Assembly: GCA_964511305.1 (NCBI GenBank)
Contig: CAZEEU010000003.1
Location: forward strand, 13,410 to 77,409
DNA length: 64,000 bases
Reading direction: 5' to 3'
Source: an uncultured Gammaproteobacteria bacterium
GTDB lineage: Bacteria; Patescibacteriota; Microgenomatia; Levybacterales; GWA1-39-11
In this document: positions 30,401 to 38,908 of the stretch, piece after piece
How the letters are laid out: every line of letters begins with the position of its first letter
Numbering within the stretch: position 1 is the stretch's first letter
Made by a program: the position numbers and the translations under genes
The notes under the pieces: model-generated
Told to the model about the DNA's origin: nothing
The model's input: only the letters and a program-made list of their open reading frames with translations
Databases searched by the model: none

Positions 30401-31473
30401 GGACGAAGGTCTGGTGGCAGTACTGGAAGAACTCTAAGAACCATTGACGAGAGGTCAAATCCTGCTTCATTGATAGCTTCGATAAGGTGCAGGCGCTTTA
30501 GAAGCTTCAATTGCTTTTGACCTGAAGACTTTCCTTCTTCTTCACGGAGTTCTCCAATGATCTTTGGAATATCCATTTGCTCGATAGCATGAAGAATTGC
30601 GCTGGCTCCTGTCTCTACCTCAAAGAAGATGATTACATCATATTCAAGAAGTCTTACATATTCTTCTTCAGAAAGAACATTCCAAGTCTTAAGACCTTTT
30701 ACTATATCTCCGATTCTGTCAAAAATTTCTTCAATTCGACTTCCTTCATTTTCAAGTCTCTTATCAAGAGCTGCATTTTTCTGCTTATAATTTACTCTTT
30801 GCTCTTCAAGAACTAATTCTTTTCGCTCTTTCTTAAGAGTAGTCTCTGTATCTTTGTGCTTTTCTTTTTCTTCTGCTGCTAGTCTAGCTTTTTCGTCTTC
30901 AATAGTCTTTTTAAGATCATCAAGTCTCATCTGCTTTGCTTCTTCAAGCTTAGACTGAGCCTCTTTTCTCTTTTCTTCATCAATTGTTGTGACTAAGTAA
31001 CTTGCGTAATAAATAATTGATTCAAGCTCTTTTTGAGATGTTCCTAGAAGAGTTGAAAGCTTTGAAGGTGATCCCTTCGAGAACCATACATGAATTACAG
31101 GTGCTGCAAGGGTTATGTGACCCATTCTTTCACGTCTTACACGTGAATATGTAACTTCAACTCCACATCTATCACAGACAATTCCCTTATAGCGAATTCT
31201 CTTGTATTTTCCGCAGTAACACTCAAAATCACGCGTAGGGCCAAATATTCTTTCGTCAAAAAGACCGTCTTTTTCAGCCCTGAAGGTTCTGTAGTTGATT
31301 GTTTCAGGCTTAGTAACTTCTCCATATGACCAATTCTTTATATCGTCTGGAGATGCAACAGTAATTCTAAGACCCTCAAAGTCTGAGATATTAATTACAT
31401 CGTTTTTTCGATGTGTTACTTTTGGAGTGTAAGCTCCGTCTCTATATTGTTGGTTTCCGTCTTGTGGTTCCAT
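27439..31473 (-). CDS. rpoC: RNA polymerase beta' subunit
   Basis: NADFDGDQM, CYCGKYK zinc site, GEPGTQLTMR. Confidence 0.99.
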   Translation of the reverse strand: MEPQDGNQQYRDGAYTPKVTHRKNDVINISDFEGLRITVASPDDIKNWSYGEVTKPETINYRTFRAEKDGLFDERIFGPTRDFECYCGKYKRIRYKGIVCDRCGVEVTYSRVRRERMGHITLAAPVIHVWFSKGSPSKLSTLLGTSQKELESIIYYASYLVTTIDEEKRKEAQSKLEEAKQMRLDDLKKTIEDEKARLAAEEKEKHKDTETTLKKERKELVLEEQRVNYKQKNAALDKRLENEGSRIEEIFDRIGDIVKGLKTWNVLSEEEYVRLLEYDVIIFFEVETGASAILHAIEQMDIPKIIGELREEEGKSSGQKQLKLLKRLHLIEAINEAGFDLSSMVLRVLPVLPPDLRPMVQLNGGRFATSDLNDLYRRVINRNNRLNHLISLGAPEIILRNEKRMLQESVDYLIDTSIRASSTQRQFKSLSDVLRGKQGRFRKNLLGKRVDYSGRSVIIVGPELSLNQCGLPKEMALELFKPFVIREVIARGLTTPNAKAAKRYIEKRPPEVFDILEEITRNHPVLLNRAPTLHKLGIQAFYPVLVEGSAIKIHPCVCAGYNADFDGDQMAIHVPLSQRAQDEAIQLMMPASNLLKPADGNPITLPNKEMALGTFYLTSIDESKRKETLPMFSEPSEAYLALSLKMITLREPIIIRFDGKILETTLGRIMFNEALPLKMRFVNEEIKASTIREIITKAMVDTSEVEVANLIDKIKEIGFYAATISGISVSTFDLKMLDNKNTLIDAAEKQIQNIENEYQQGLITLTEQKRLMNHVWLEVTEKMANLTWDLFAKNDIVRIIADSGGARAGKDQIKQLAAMRGLIYDPLGRIVELPIKSNFREGLSIFEYVNSARGSRKGLTDSALKTADAGYLTRRLVDVTHDVIIREADCGTTMGYHIPLENRENVTPIVNMLLGRVALKDIVSKKTKKVYVKKGEDIDHEKLNEILKDDSVLSADIRTPMYCRLKYGMCAACYGWDLSSYKRADLGTPVGVIAAQSIGEPGTQLTMRVKHFGGVVMSDVTQGLPRVEELFEVRRPKNLAPVAEITGKASVEKVEDGYIVKVKNTKVKPVEEREYFVPLASSLLIEDGEQVVAGTQLCEGHLDPKDVLKVGGLEKAQQYLINQIQYVYESQGISIHYKHFETIVRKMSDKVMIETAGDTSLLPGDLISKLRFEDENAAGIAEGGEPATARETMLGVTKSALVTDSWLSAASFQETTQVLTDASLEGKVDNLIGLKENVIVGRLIPVREHLMDNYIAPVEADQPVEEVVTEEIAAEEKPVIEAESKAEEDTKAEKVVDEAIVEEDEKEDIPTEVSAEDTAPSDEAAVEEAVEAIKEDPEAGNTSE

Positions 31474-31480
31474 AGTTAAT

Positions 31481-34400
31481 TTAGTTCTCCTCTCCTTCCG
31501 TTGGTGCAGTAAGATCTTCTGCTGTAGGCTCCGTTTGTTCTACAGATTCTACAATAAGTTCTGCTTCAGGTGTTAGAACATCATCTGTTTCAGTTGTTTC
31601 AACGTCTTGACTCTCAAGCACTTCCTTTAATTCTTCTGCTTCTTTCTTAACTTCCTCACTTGCTTCAATTTCCTCTTCATCCTGCACTACAACTGCTGCT
31701 GTAGGTTGAATATTCATACCCAAAGATTGAAGCTCACGGATAAGAACCTTGAATGATTCAGGAACTTTAGGCGTTGGAATGTCTACTCCTTTGATGATTG
31801 CCTCAAATGCTTTCGCACGACCAGCGACATCGTCAGATTTGATTGTCAACATTTCCTGAAGTGTGTAAGCTGCCCGATGTGATTCAAGAGCCCAAACTTC
31901 CATCTCTCCAAGTCTCTGTCCTCCCATTTGAGCCTTTCCTCCGAGAGGCTGTTGGGTAACAAGAGAATATGGACCTGTTGATCTAGCATGAGTCTTATCC
32001 TCAACCATGTGAATAAGCTTCATGATGTATCCGATTCCTACAACTACATTATTCTCATATGCATCTCCAGTTCTTGCATCATACATCTTTACTTTTGCGT
32101 CTTTTGGAATTCCAGCTTCTTTCATGAGAGCAAAAAGCCTTTCTTCTTCTGTCTTTTCAAATACTGGAACTGCTATTTTATCACCTAATCTCTTTGCTGC
32201 CCACCCTGCATGTGCTTCAAGCAATTGTCCTAGGTTCATACGGCCAAGCACTGAGATAGGTGAGATCATAATGTCCACAGGTGTTCCATCCTCAAGATAA
32301 GGCATATCTGACTGTGGAACGATCTTTGAGATAACGCCCTTATTTCCATGACGTCCAGCGAGCTTATCTCCAACAACAACGTGTCTAAGCTGTGCTACTT
32401 CAATAAGAAGCTTTCTGATAGTGCCTGGTTCTAATTCATCACCTTTATCGCGATCAAGGACCTGAACGCTTGTGACAATTCCGTGTTCTCCGTGTGGCAT
32501 TCTCAAAGATGTATCTCTTACTTCTCGTGCCTTTTCTCCAAAAATAGCTCTTAACAGTCTTTCTTCTGCTGTAAGTTCTGTTTCTCCTTTTGGAGCAATT
32601 TTACCAACTAAGATATCTCCTGGATTAACTTCAGAACCGACAACTACAATTCCTTCTTCATCAAGATTTGCAAGATCTTCTTCAGCTACATTTGGTATAT
32701 CTCTTGTTGTTTCTTCCGGCCCAAGTTTGGTATCAACAACAGTTGCTTCGTATTTTTCGATATGAACAGAGCTCAATTCGTCGTCTTTAACAAGTCTGTC
32801 AGAAATAACGATAGCGTCCTCATATCCAAGTCCATCATATGAAGCGTATGCGATAAGAAGATTTTTACCAAGTGCTAGTTCTCCATTGTCTGTTGCAGGT
32901 CCATCAACAAGAACATCACCCTTTTTAACTTTTTGTCCTGTAAATACAACTGGCTTTTCTGAGAAGTAAGTATTTTGTGCTGTTCTTTTGAACTTTTCTA
33001 TTTTAAATTCAACTTTTCCATCTTTACCGGTAAGTTCTACTTTATTTGCATCAACAAAACTTATTTCTCCATCAAATGGAGCTTTTACAACTCTTCCCAA
33101 TGCTTCAGCAACAGTTGCTTCCATACCGGTTCCAACAACTGGAGACTCTGTTTTTATCAAAGGTACAGCTTGACATTGCATGTGGGTTCCCATAAGTGCA
33201 CGATTTGCTTCGTCGTGGTCAACAAAAGGAATAAGAGATGCTGAAGTTCCAACTACCTGACGTGGAATAACGTCAATATATTGGATTTTTGATCTTTCTA
33301 CTTCAAGATATTCTCCACGGTGACGTGCAGGAACTAATTCGTCAACTATATATCCATCATCATCTACAGCAATATCTGCATGGGTAATGAATTTGTCTGC
33401 TTCAACGTCAGCATCAAGATATACAATTTCGCTCGTAACCTTTGTGACAAGCTTGCTTCCTTTTTTCTCTTGAACTACTACCCTATAAGGGGCTTCTAGA
33501 AATCCGAATTCATTTACTTGCGCATAAAGTGCAAGATACGTAACAAGTCCGATATTTGGACCCTCAGGGCTTCTTACAGGACAAATCTTTGAATATTGAG
33601 ATGCATTAATGTCACGAATCGAGAATGATGCTCTTTCTCTTGAAATACCACCGGTACCCATAACGGTAAGACGTCTTAGATTGTCGATTTCTGCAAGTGG
33701 ATTTGTCTGGTCAAGGATGGCTGAAAGCTGAGAGGTTCTGAAGAATTCATTGATAGCTGCAATTATTGGATGTGCGTTTATAAAGTGTGATGGAGAATAA
33801 ATTTCATCAGTTGAAGTCAAAGACATCTTTTCCTTGATGATTCTTTCAAGTCTTAGGGCACCGACTCTAAAAGCAGTTGTTTGCACTAATTCACCAACGC
33901 TCCTAACGCGTCTGTTTGCCAAATGATCAATATCATCAACTTTACCCTTACCCTGAGATAGACCAATTAGATATTTCATAATGCCGATGATGTCCTCAAC
34001 AGCAAGAGTTACAACTTCTGGCTCAACATCTTTATTAAGTCCGTCTAGCTTCTTATTTATCTTGTATCTTCCGACTCTTGAAAGGTCATATCTTCTTCGA
34101 TCGAAGAATGTATCTCTGAAATTTTGTCTTATTGTGTCAATAACAACTGGTTCTCCAGGATTTAGCTTCTTAAAGATTTCAATAAGCGCATCAGTAGATC
34201 CTTTTGCCTCATCTTTTTCAAGAGTATTCTTAAGAATAATATCAGCACCCTCGGTGTCTGCAAATTTCTCATAAATCTCTTCGTTTGTTTCGATACCTAA
34301 GGATTTAAGAAAAACTGTTGCGAGGAATTTCTTTCTTCTATCAATTCTTACAACAATCATGTCTGTTCTGGTTGTTGAGATTTCAAGCCATGAACCATGA

Positions 34401-34882
34401 ACAGGTCTTAGTTCTGCAGTGTAAAGAGTTTTCCCTGTAATCGGATCTTCTGCTCCAGTGAAAAATACACCTGGGCTTCTTACAATCTGATTTACGATGA
34501 CTCTCTCAATACCGTTTACGATAAATGTTGCTCTTTCAGTCATCTTTGGTACTTCACCAAGAAAAACTTCTTGAGTTACTTTCTTTCCGGTCTTTTTATT
34601 GAGGAGGGTTGCTTCTACTGTTAATGGAGAGAAGAACGTGAGACCTTTTCTCATTGCCAATTCTTCTGTGATTTTAGGTTCGCCGAGCTTATATTCTGAA
34701 AGACTTAGTTCCCAGTTCTTGCCTGTAAAGTCTTCTATTGGGGAAATTTCATTAATAACTTCTTCTACTCCTTCGCGGATGAACCACTTGTAAGATGCCT
34801 TTTGAATCCCCAAAAGATCCATTTCTGGGAGCTTTGCTACCTGCTTGCCCCAATATTGTCTTAGTTTTTGTTGTTTGATCAT
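31481..34882 (-). CDS. rpoB: RNA polymerase beta subunit
   Basis: GDKLAGRHGNKG, GGQRLGEMEVWA; probable start ATG 34882. Confidence 0.99.
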   Translation of the reverse strand: MIKQQKLRQYWGKQVAKLPEMDLLGIQKASYKWFIREGVEEVINEISPIEDFTGKNWELSLSEYKLGEPKITEELAMRKGLTFFSPLTVEATLLNKKTGKKVTQEVFLGEVPKMTERATFIVNGIERVIVNQIVRSPGVFFTGAEDPITGKTLYTAELRPVHGSWLEISTTRTDMIVVRIDRRKKFLATVFLKSLGIETNEEIYEKFADTEGADIILKNTLEKDEAKGSTDALIEIFKKLNPGEPVVIDTIRQNFRDTFFDRRRYDLSRVGRYKINKKLDGLNKDVEPEVVTLAVEDIIGIMKYLIGLSQGKGKVDDIDHLANRRVRSVGELVQTTAFRVGALRLERIIKEKMSLTSTDEIYSPSHFINAHPIIAAINEFFRTSQLSAILDQTNPLAEIDNLRRLTVMGTGGISRERASFSIRDINASQYSKICPVRSPEGPNIGLVTYLALYAQVNEFGFLEAPYRVVVQEKKGSKLVTKVTSEIVYLDADVEADKFITHADIAVDDDGYIVDELVPARHRGEYLEVERSKIQYIDVIPRQVVGTSASLIPFVDHDEANRALMGTHMQCQAVPLIKTESPVVGTGMEATVAEALGRVVKAPFDGEISFVDANKVELTGKDGKVEFKIEKFKRTAQNTYFSEKPVVFTGQKVKKGDVLVDGPATDNGELALGKNLLIAYASYDGLGYEDAIVISDRLVKDDELSSVHIEKYEATVVDTKLGPEETTRDIPNVAEEDLANLDEEGIVVVGSEVNPGDILVGKIAPKGETELTAEERLLRAIFGEKAREVRDTSLRMPHGEHGIVTSVQVLDRDKGDELEPGTIRKLLIEVAQLRHVVVGDKLAGRHGNKGVISKIVPQSDMPYLEDGTPVDIMISPISVLGRMNLGQLLEAHAGWAAKRLGDKIAVPVFEKTEEERLFALMKEAGIPKDAKVKMYDARTGDAYENNVVVGIGYIMKLIHMVEDKTHARSTGPYSLVTQQPLGGKAQMGGQRLGEMEVWALESHRAAYTLQEMLTIKSDDVAGRAKAFEAIIKGVDIPTPKVPESFKVLIRELQSLGMNIQPTAAVVVQDEEEIEASEEVKKEAEELKEVLESQDVETTETDDVLTPEAELIVESVEQTEPTAEDLTAPTEGEEN

Positions 34883-34915
34883 CGGAAATAAAATTGAAGT
34901 TGGTTCCAACTCACG

Positions 34916-34946
34916 AAAAAAAACGATGAGTGCATAAACACCCATC
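34916..34946 (-). terminator. Terminator/attenuator-like hairpin upstream of rpoB
   Basis: GATGGGTG-TTTATG-CACTCATC-G-T8, downstream of TTGACA at 34994-34989. Confidence 0.6.
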
Positions 34947-35021
34947 TTTTTTTACATGTTGTTTACATATACAGGAAAAAAAATGCGTTGTCAATACCTT
35001 TCTTGCGCTCTAGCCTCAAGA

Positions 35022-35972
35022 TTAGTTCAGATATTTCTCTATATTTTGATTATGCTCTGAAAGTGTTTTGGAAAAATGCACGTTACCTTTAGTGTCATGG
35101 ATGTAATAATAGTAGCCACTTGAAGCAGGCTCTTTTGCTGCTTTTATAGCTTCTATCCCTGGATTCGCTATTGCTCCAGGAGGCGTACCAGCGTTCTTAT
35201 ATGTATTGTATGGCGAATCAATCTGCCGGTCGATCCCCATTGGCACTGACCACCACTTGCCTGTAGCATTTTTTCCTTTGGCATATTGAAGCGTTGCATC
35301 AATATCAAGAGCCATCCCATCATTGAGCCTATTATATATAACAGATGCTATGAGAGGCTTTTCATCGTCCCGTAGGGCTTCACGCTCAATAAGCGACGCC
35401 AGGATTACTATCTCATCAAGCTTTGGGTCTTCAGGGGACAGTCCAATCTCTTCAATCTTTTTTGTAAAATTACCCTTTAATATAGAAACAACAGATGCTG
35501 CGTCTGCATCTTTAGGAATTAAGTATGTATCAGGAAATAGATATCCCTCCTCTGCTTTAAGAGTAGCAACCCAACTTGGTTCGTACGTAGGAATTTCATG
35601 CTGTAGAATTTCGGCTATTTCCTCGGATCTTAATCCCTCCGGAATTGTCACCCAGGTATCAACAGTTCCGTGCATTATTGTATCCATAATCTTAGGCAAA
35701 TCCATTGAAGGAGACAATTTGTATGATCCAGCCTGGATGGCTTGGTCCATTTTGTTCTGCTTTATATATATGAAAAATACTACTGGATCTTTAATTAACC
35801 CTTGAGTCTTCAACTCATTACCAACTGTTCTTACAGCAGCTCCTTTTGGAATTACAAATACTTTACTTGATATGTCTTTTGAGTTGACAGCCGCAAGGCC
35901 ATTTCGCCACCACAATGAAAATATACCGAAAATAATAATGCCAATTATCGCAACTGTAAGAATCTTACGCAT
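35022..35972 (-). CDS. mltG: Endolytic transglycosylase MltG
   Basis: TIPEGL, EGYLFPDTY, ASLIERE, NRL..GM.L.IDAT, SPYNTY. Confidence 0.95.
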   Translation of the reverse strand: MRKILTVAIIGIIIFGIFSLWWRNGLAAVNSKDISSKVFVIPKGAAVRTVGNELKTQGLIKDPVVFFIYIKQNKMDQAIQAGSYKLSPSMDLPKIMDTIMHGTVDTWVTIPEGLRSEEIAEILQHEIPTYEPSWVATLKAEEGYLFPDTYLIPKDADAASVVSILKGNFTKKIEEIGLSPEDPKLDEIVILASLIEREALRDDEKPLIASVIYNRLNDGMALDIDATLQYAKGKNATGKWWSVPMGIDRQIDSPYNTYKNAGTPPGAIANPGIEAIKAAKEPASSGYYYYIHDTKGNVHFSKTLSEHNQNIEKYLN

Positions 35973-36005
35973 AAATCTTTTCTATTTTAACACACCCTCC
36001 TACGA

Positions 36006-36635
36006 CTACTTTGAGGTCGAGAAAGCAACTTTCAAACCAAGAAAGATTAGGGCAATTCCAATAAATCTCTCAGCTATATGCTGAACTTTCTGAATTCTAT
36101 TTTTTAATACGTGATGTGAAAAAATGAACGCTATGAACATGAACCATAAAGCAGTAACGATAGACATCTCAGCACTCATGATCAACTTAACAAACAAGGG
36201 CGTACCCGGAGTTATTACAAGCGTAAATAGGCTTAAAAAAAATAAAGTCGCTTTTGGGTTAAGAACATTTGTCAAAAATCCAATACGAAGCGCTTTTTGC
36301 GGAGTGATATCGGGTCGTACTTCAAACGCCTTATCACGGGCACTATTTGATTTTGCAGTTAGTGATTTGTATCCAATGTAAATGAGATACACAGCTCCAA
36401 GATATTTAATAACAGTAAATAACACAATAGATTGGGAAATAATAAGCCCAATTCCAACCAGTGAATAGGTAATATGAACTAAAATTCCCAAACCCAATCC
36501 AAGTGCCGAATACATTCCCGTCTTTCTGGAATACACAAGGCTATTTCTTGTAATCATCATAAAATCAGGACCAGGGCTAATTACTGCGAGAAGATGAACA
36601 ACAGCAACTGTTGCAATAATTGATAGATACTCCAT
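36006..36635 (-). CDS. LysE/RhtB family exporter
   Basis: SPGPDF, GAVYLIYIG, GFLTNVLNPKA. Confidence 0.95.
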   Translation of the reverse strand: MEYLSIIATVAVVHLLAVISPGPDFMMITRNSLVYSRKTGMYSALGLGLGILVHITYSLVGIGLIISQSIVLFTVIKYLGAVYLIYIGYKSLTAKSNSARDKAFEVRPDITPQKALRIGFLTNVLNPKATLFFLSLFTLVITPGTPLFVKLIMSAEMSIVTALWFMFIAFIFSHHVLKNRIQKVQHIAERFIGIALIFLGLKVAFSTSK

Positions 36636-36665
36636 TAATTAATTTTAGCACAAAGAACTACTAGT

Positions 36666-37937
36666 CTATTCTATTTCGTAGATTGGGAAGTTACGGAATG
36701 AGTCAACTGCCTCCTGTAAATGTCGCTCCGTCTGAGCATACATATCAAATATATTTTCGTTATTCTTTACCTCATCATCAACTCTTTTTTTCAAAAATAA
36801 TCCTGATCTTGCATCCTGCGGAGCTCCTAGTATCTTTGCTATAAGTGAAACATTTCGATTATTTACTCTTTTTATAGTTCCTGATTTGTCGGACCTCACT
36901 TCATGAGTCTTTGGACCTGCATGAAGCTTGGAAGAAATAATAGTGGGATCTCCTTTTTGAGCCTCAATTATATCCATCATTTTCTTATGAGCCTCCCCAC
37001 TTACCAATATGCTTTCAGCCCATTTTTCAGTAGTGTCATATTTTTTTGCCTCTTCCTTGATCTTTTCATCAGCACTATCAAGACATAATGTTAAAAGTTC
37101 ACCAGCAAGCTTAAGAGACTTCTTCTCCAAAGCCATTGGTCTAGTAGGATCTTGCTCAAGAACTTTTAGAGCATCGGCAGCTTCCAAAAGTGGCCCTATG
37201 CCATTTCCTGCAGGCTCATATGCATGGGACAGAATTGCCTCAAGCTTTATGTTGAATTTTTTGGCAATATATTTGAATTTCCTGGCTAAATTCTCCCCAT
37301 CTTCTTTGTGGTGCACTTTCATTGTCCGACCATATGGGATATCTATAACGACATGATTTGAACCAAATGCAATCTTCTTTGCCATAACAGACACTAAAAT
37401 CTTGTCAAAACTTTCAAGGGCCAAAGGCTCCTCCACATGGATTATCTGGTCATCCGCCGGTGCTATCTTAAAACTTCCACCCCACACAATACATGCGTTG
37501 GTCTTTTCAACAATTTTATATATCTCATCTTCTGTAAAAGTAACACTTGCAAGACACTCCATAGAATCAGCAGTACCTGCGGGAGTCGTAATAGCACGAG
37601 ACGAACTTTTAGGAATCAAAAAGCCTGCGCTTGCAATAATTGGCACAATTACCATAGTAGCCCTTGTCCCCGGAAGACCTCCAATAGAGTGCTTGTCAGC
37701 AACGACTCCCTTGAATTTAAGCTTATCCCCTGTCTCTATCATGGCTTTTGTGAGATAGTAAATTTCGTCGTAACTAAAACCTTTTGAATATCCAGAGGCA
37801 GCAAAATAAGTTGTCAAAACGTCACCTAGTCTTTCATTTGCAATCTCATCCATGATTGCAAAGATCTCTTTATAGTTGAGTGCTTTGCCGACTAATTTTT
37901 TTTGTATTGCTTTAAGGGCTTGCTCGTTAGGTACCAT
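36666..37937 (-). CDS. AMP phosphorylase / thymidine phosphorylase family (archaeal AMP-phosphorylase-type motifs)
   Basis: DKHSIGGLPG, KSSSRAITTPAGTADSME, APADD..I.VE.PL, SVMAKK. Confidence 0.85.
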   Translation of the reverse strand: MVPNEQALKAIQKKLVGKALNYKEIFAIMDEIANERLGDVLTTYFAASGYSKGFSYDEIYYLTKAMIETGDKLKFKGVVADKHSIGGLPGTRATMVIVPIIASAGFLIPKSSSRAITTPAGTADSMECLASVTFTEDEIYKIVEKTNACIVWGGSFKIAPADDQIIHVEEPLALESFDKILVSVMAKKIAFGSNHVVIDIPYGRTMKVHHKEDGENLARKFKYIAKKFNIKLEAILSHAYEPAGNGIGPLLEAADALKVLEQDPTRPMALEKKSLKLAGELLTLCLDSADEKIKEEAKKYDTTEKWAESILVSGEAHKKMMDIIEAQKGDPTIISSKLHAGPKTHEVRSDKSGTIKRVNNRNVSLIAKILGAPQDARSGLFLKKRVDDEVKNNENIFDMYAQTERHLQEAVDSFRNFPIYEIE

Positions 37938-37942
37938 ATTTT

Positions 37943-38152
37943 TCAGGGGTGGAATTGAGAAAGGGCTACTTTTAAAAATCCCTTTACAACTCTTAATAGA
38001 TGATACAGGAAAAATGAAAGAACTCTATTTACAGATGGCCAAATGTTATAAAAAAATCTATATATCCTATCTTTCCATACGGAGAGTATATAGGAGCGCT
38101 GAAGCTTTTGATCCTCTGCAGTTGGCGTGTAATTTTGGCTATTAGAATCCAT
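37943..38152 (-). CDS. Small hypothetical protein (69 aa)
   Basis: Fits tightly between the sortase and phosphorylase genes on the same strand. Confidence 0.6.
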   Translation of the reverse strand: MDSNSQNYTPTAEDQKLQRSYILSVWKDRIYRFFYNIWPSVNRVLSFFLYHLLRVVKGFLKVALSQFHP

Positions 38153-38153
38153 A

Positions 38154-38906
38154 TTAGCTTTGAAGACTTGCTCTAATAACTAACCTCTTCCAAGTTGTTC
38201 CTGGAGGCGTACAAGTAATCAATGTTATGTAGCTATTGTCAAAGCTTTGGGAAAAAATGTTTGGATCTTTAGGGTCAGTAATTCCAATAGAAAAGACTTT
38301 ATAAGTATAATCTTTACCATCAACAGTCAGAACGAAATCATCTCCCTCTTTTAATGTGTGAAGTTTTGCAAAAATTGCCATGTAATTTTTAGGGTCAAAC
38401 CACTGCGGAAGAGTCGAGTGTCCAAATATTACTGACGTTCCCTTTTCAATGGGACTTTTGGATGTAGTGAAGTACTGCACCAAATGCTTAGAAAGATCGA
38501 AGTCAATAGCCGAAACCTTTGCCTTATTAATTCCCTGGGAGGGAATTGAAAATTCATACTCATCGACTTTCTTTACTTCAATCTGAGTCTGGGCATGAAT
38601 AGCTTCCTGATTTGCCTGGTATGGGAACCAGTTTCTCGCGTCTTTATAGTTTGAAGTTACATTCTTAAATCCATGGCTTACTAGGCCACCGAGCGGACTT
38701 GACCCATTGAGAACGTACCTTTGAGGTATTGGAGACTGGATTTCGCTCCCTGCAAAGGCTGATGAAAGATAGAGGTGATATGAAATCAATGGAAAGAAAA
38801 AGTATAAAAGCGTCGCTAGCCCTAACCCAATAATGAAAAGGCCAAGAAATTTTTTCTTATTTTGACGAAAGGAAAATCCCCCTCTTCCATATGAATATCT
38901 ATGCAT
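38154..38906 (-). CDS. Sortase
   Basis: N-terminal TM; catalytic H/C/R in IFGHS and TLITCTPPG....R. Confidence 0.9.
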   Translation of the reverse strand: MHRYSYGRGGFSFRQNKKKFLGLFIIGLGLATLLYFFFPLISYHLYLSSAFAGSEIQSPIPQRYVLNGSSPLGGLVSHGFKNVTSNYKDARNWFPYQANQEAIHAQTQIEVKKVDEYEFSIPSQGINKAKVSAIDFDLSKHLVQYFTTSKSPIEKGTSVIFGHSTLPQWFDPKNYMAIFAKLHTLKEGDDFVLTVDGKDYTYKVFSIGITDPKDPNIFSQSFDNSYITLITCTPPGTTWKRLVIRASLQS

Positions 38907-38908
38907 GG

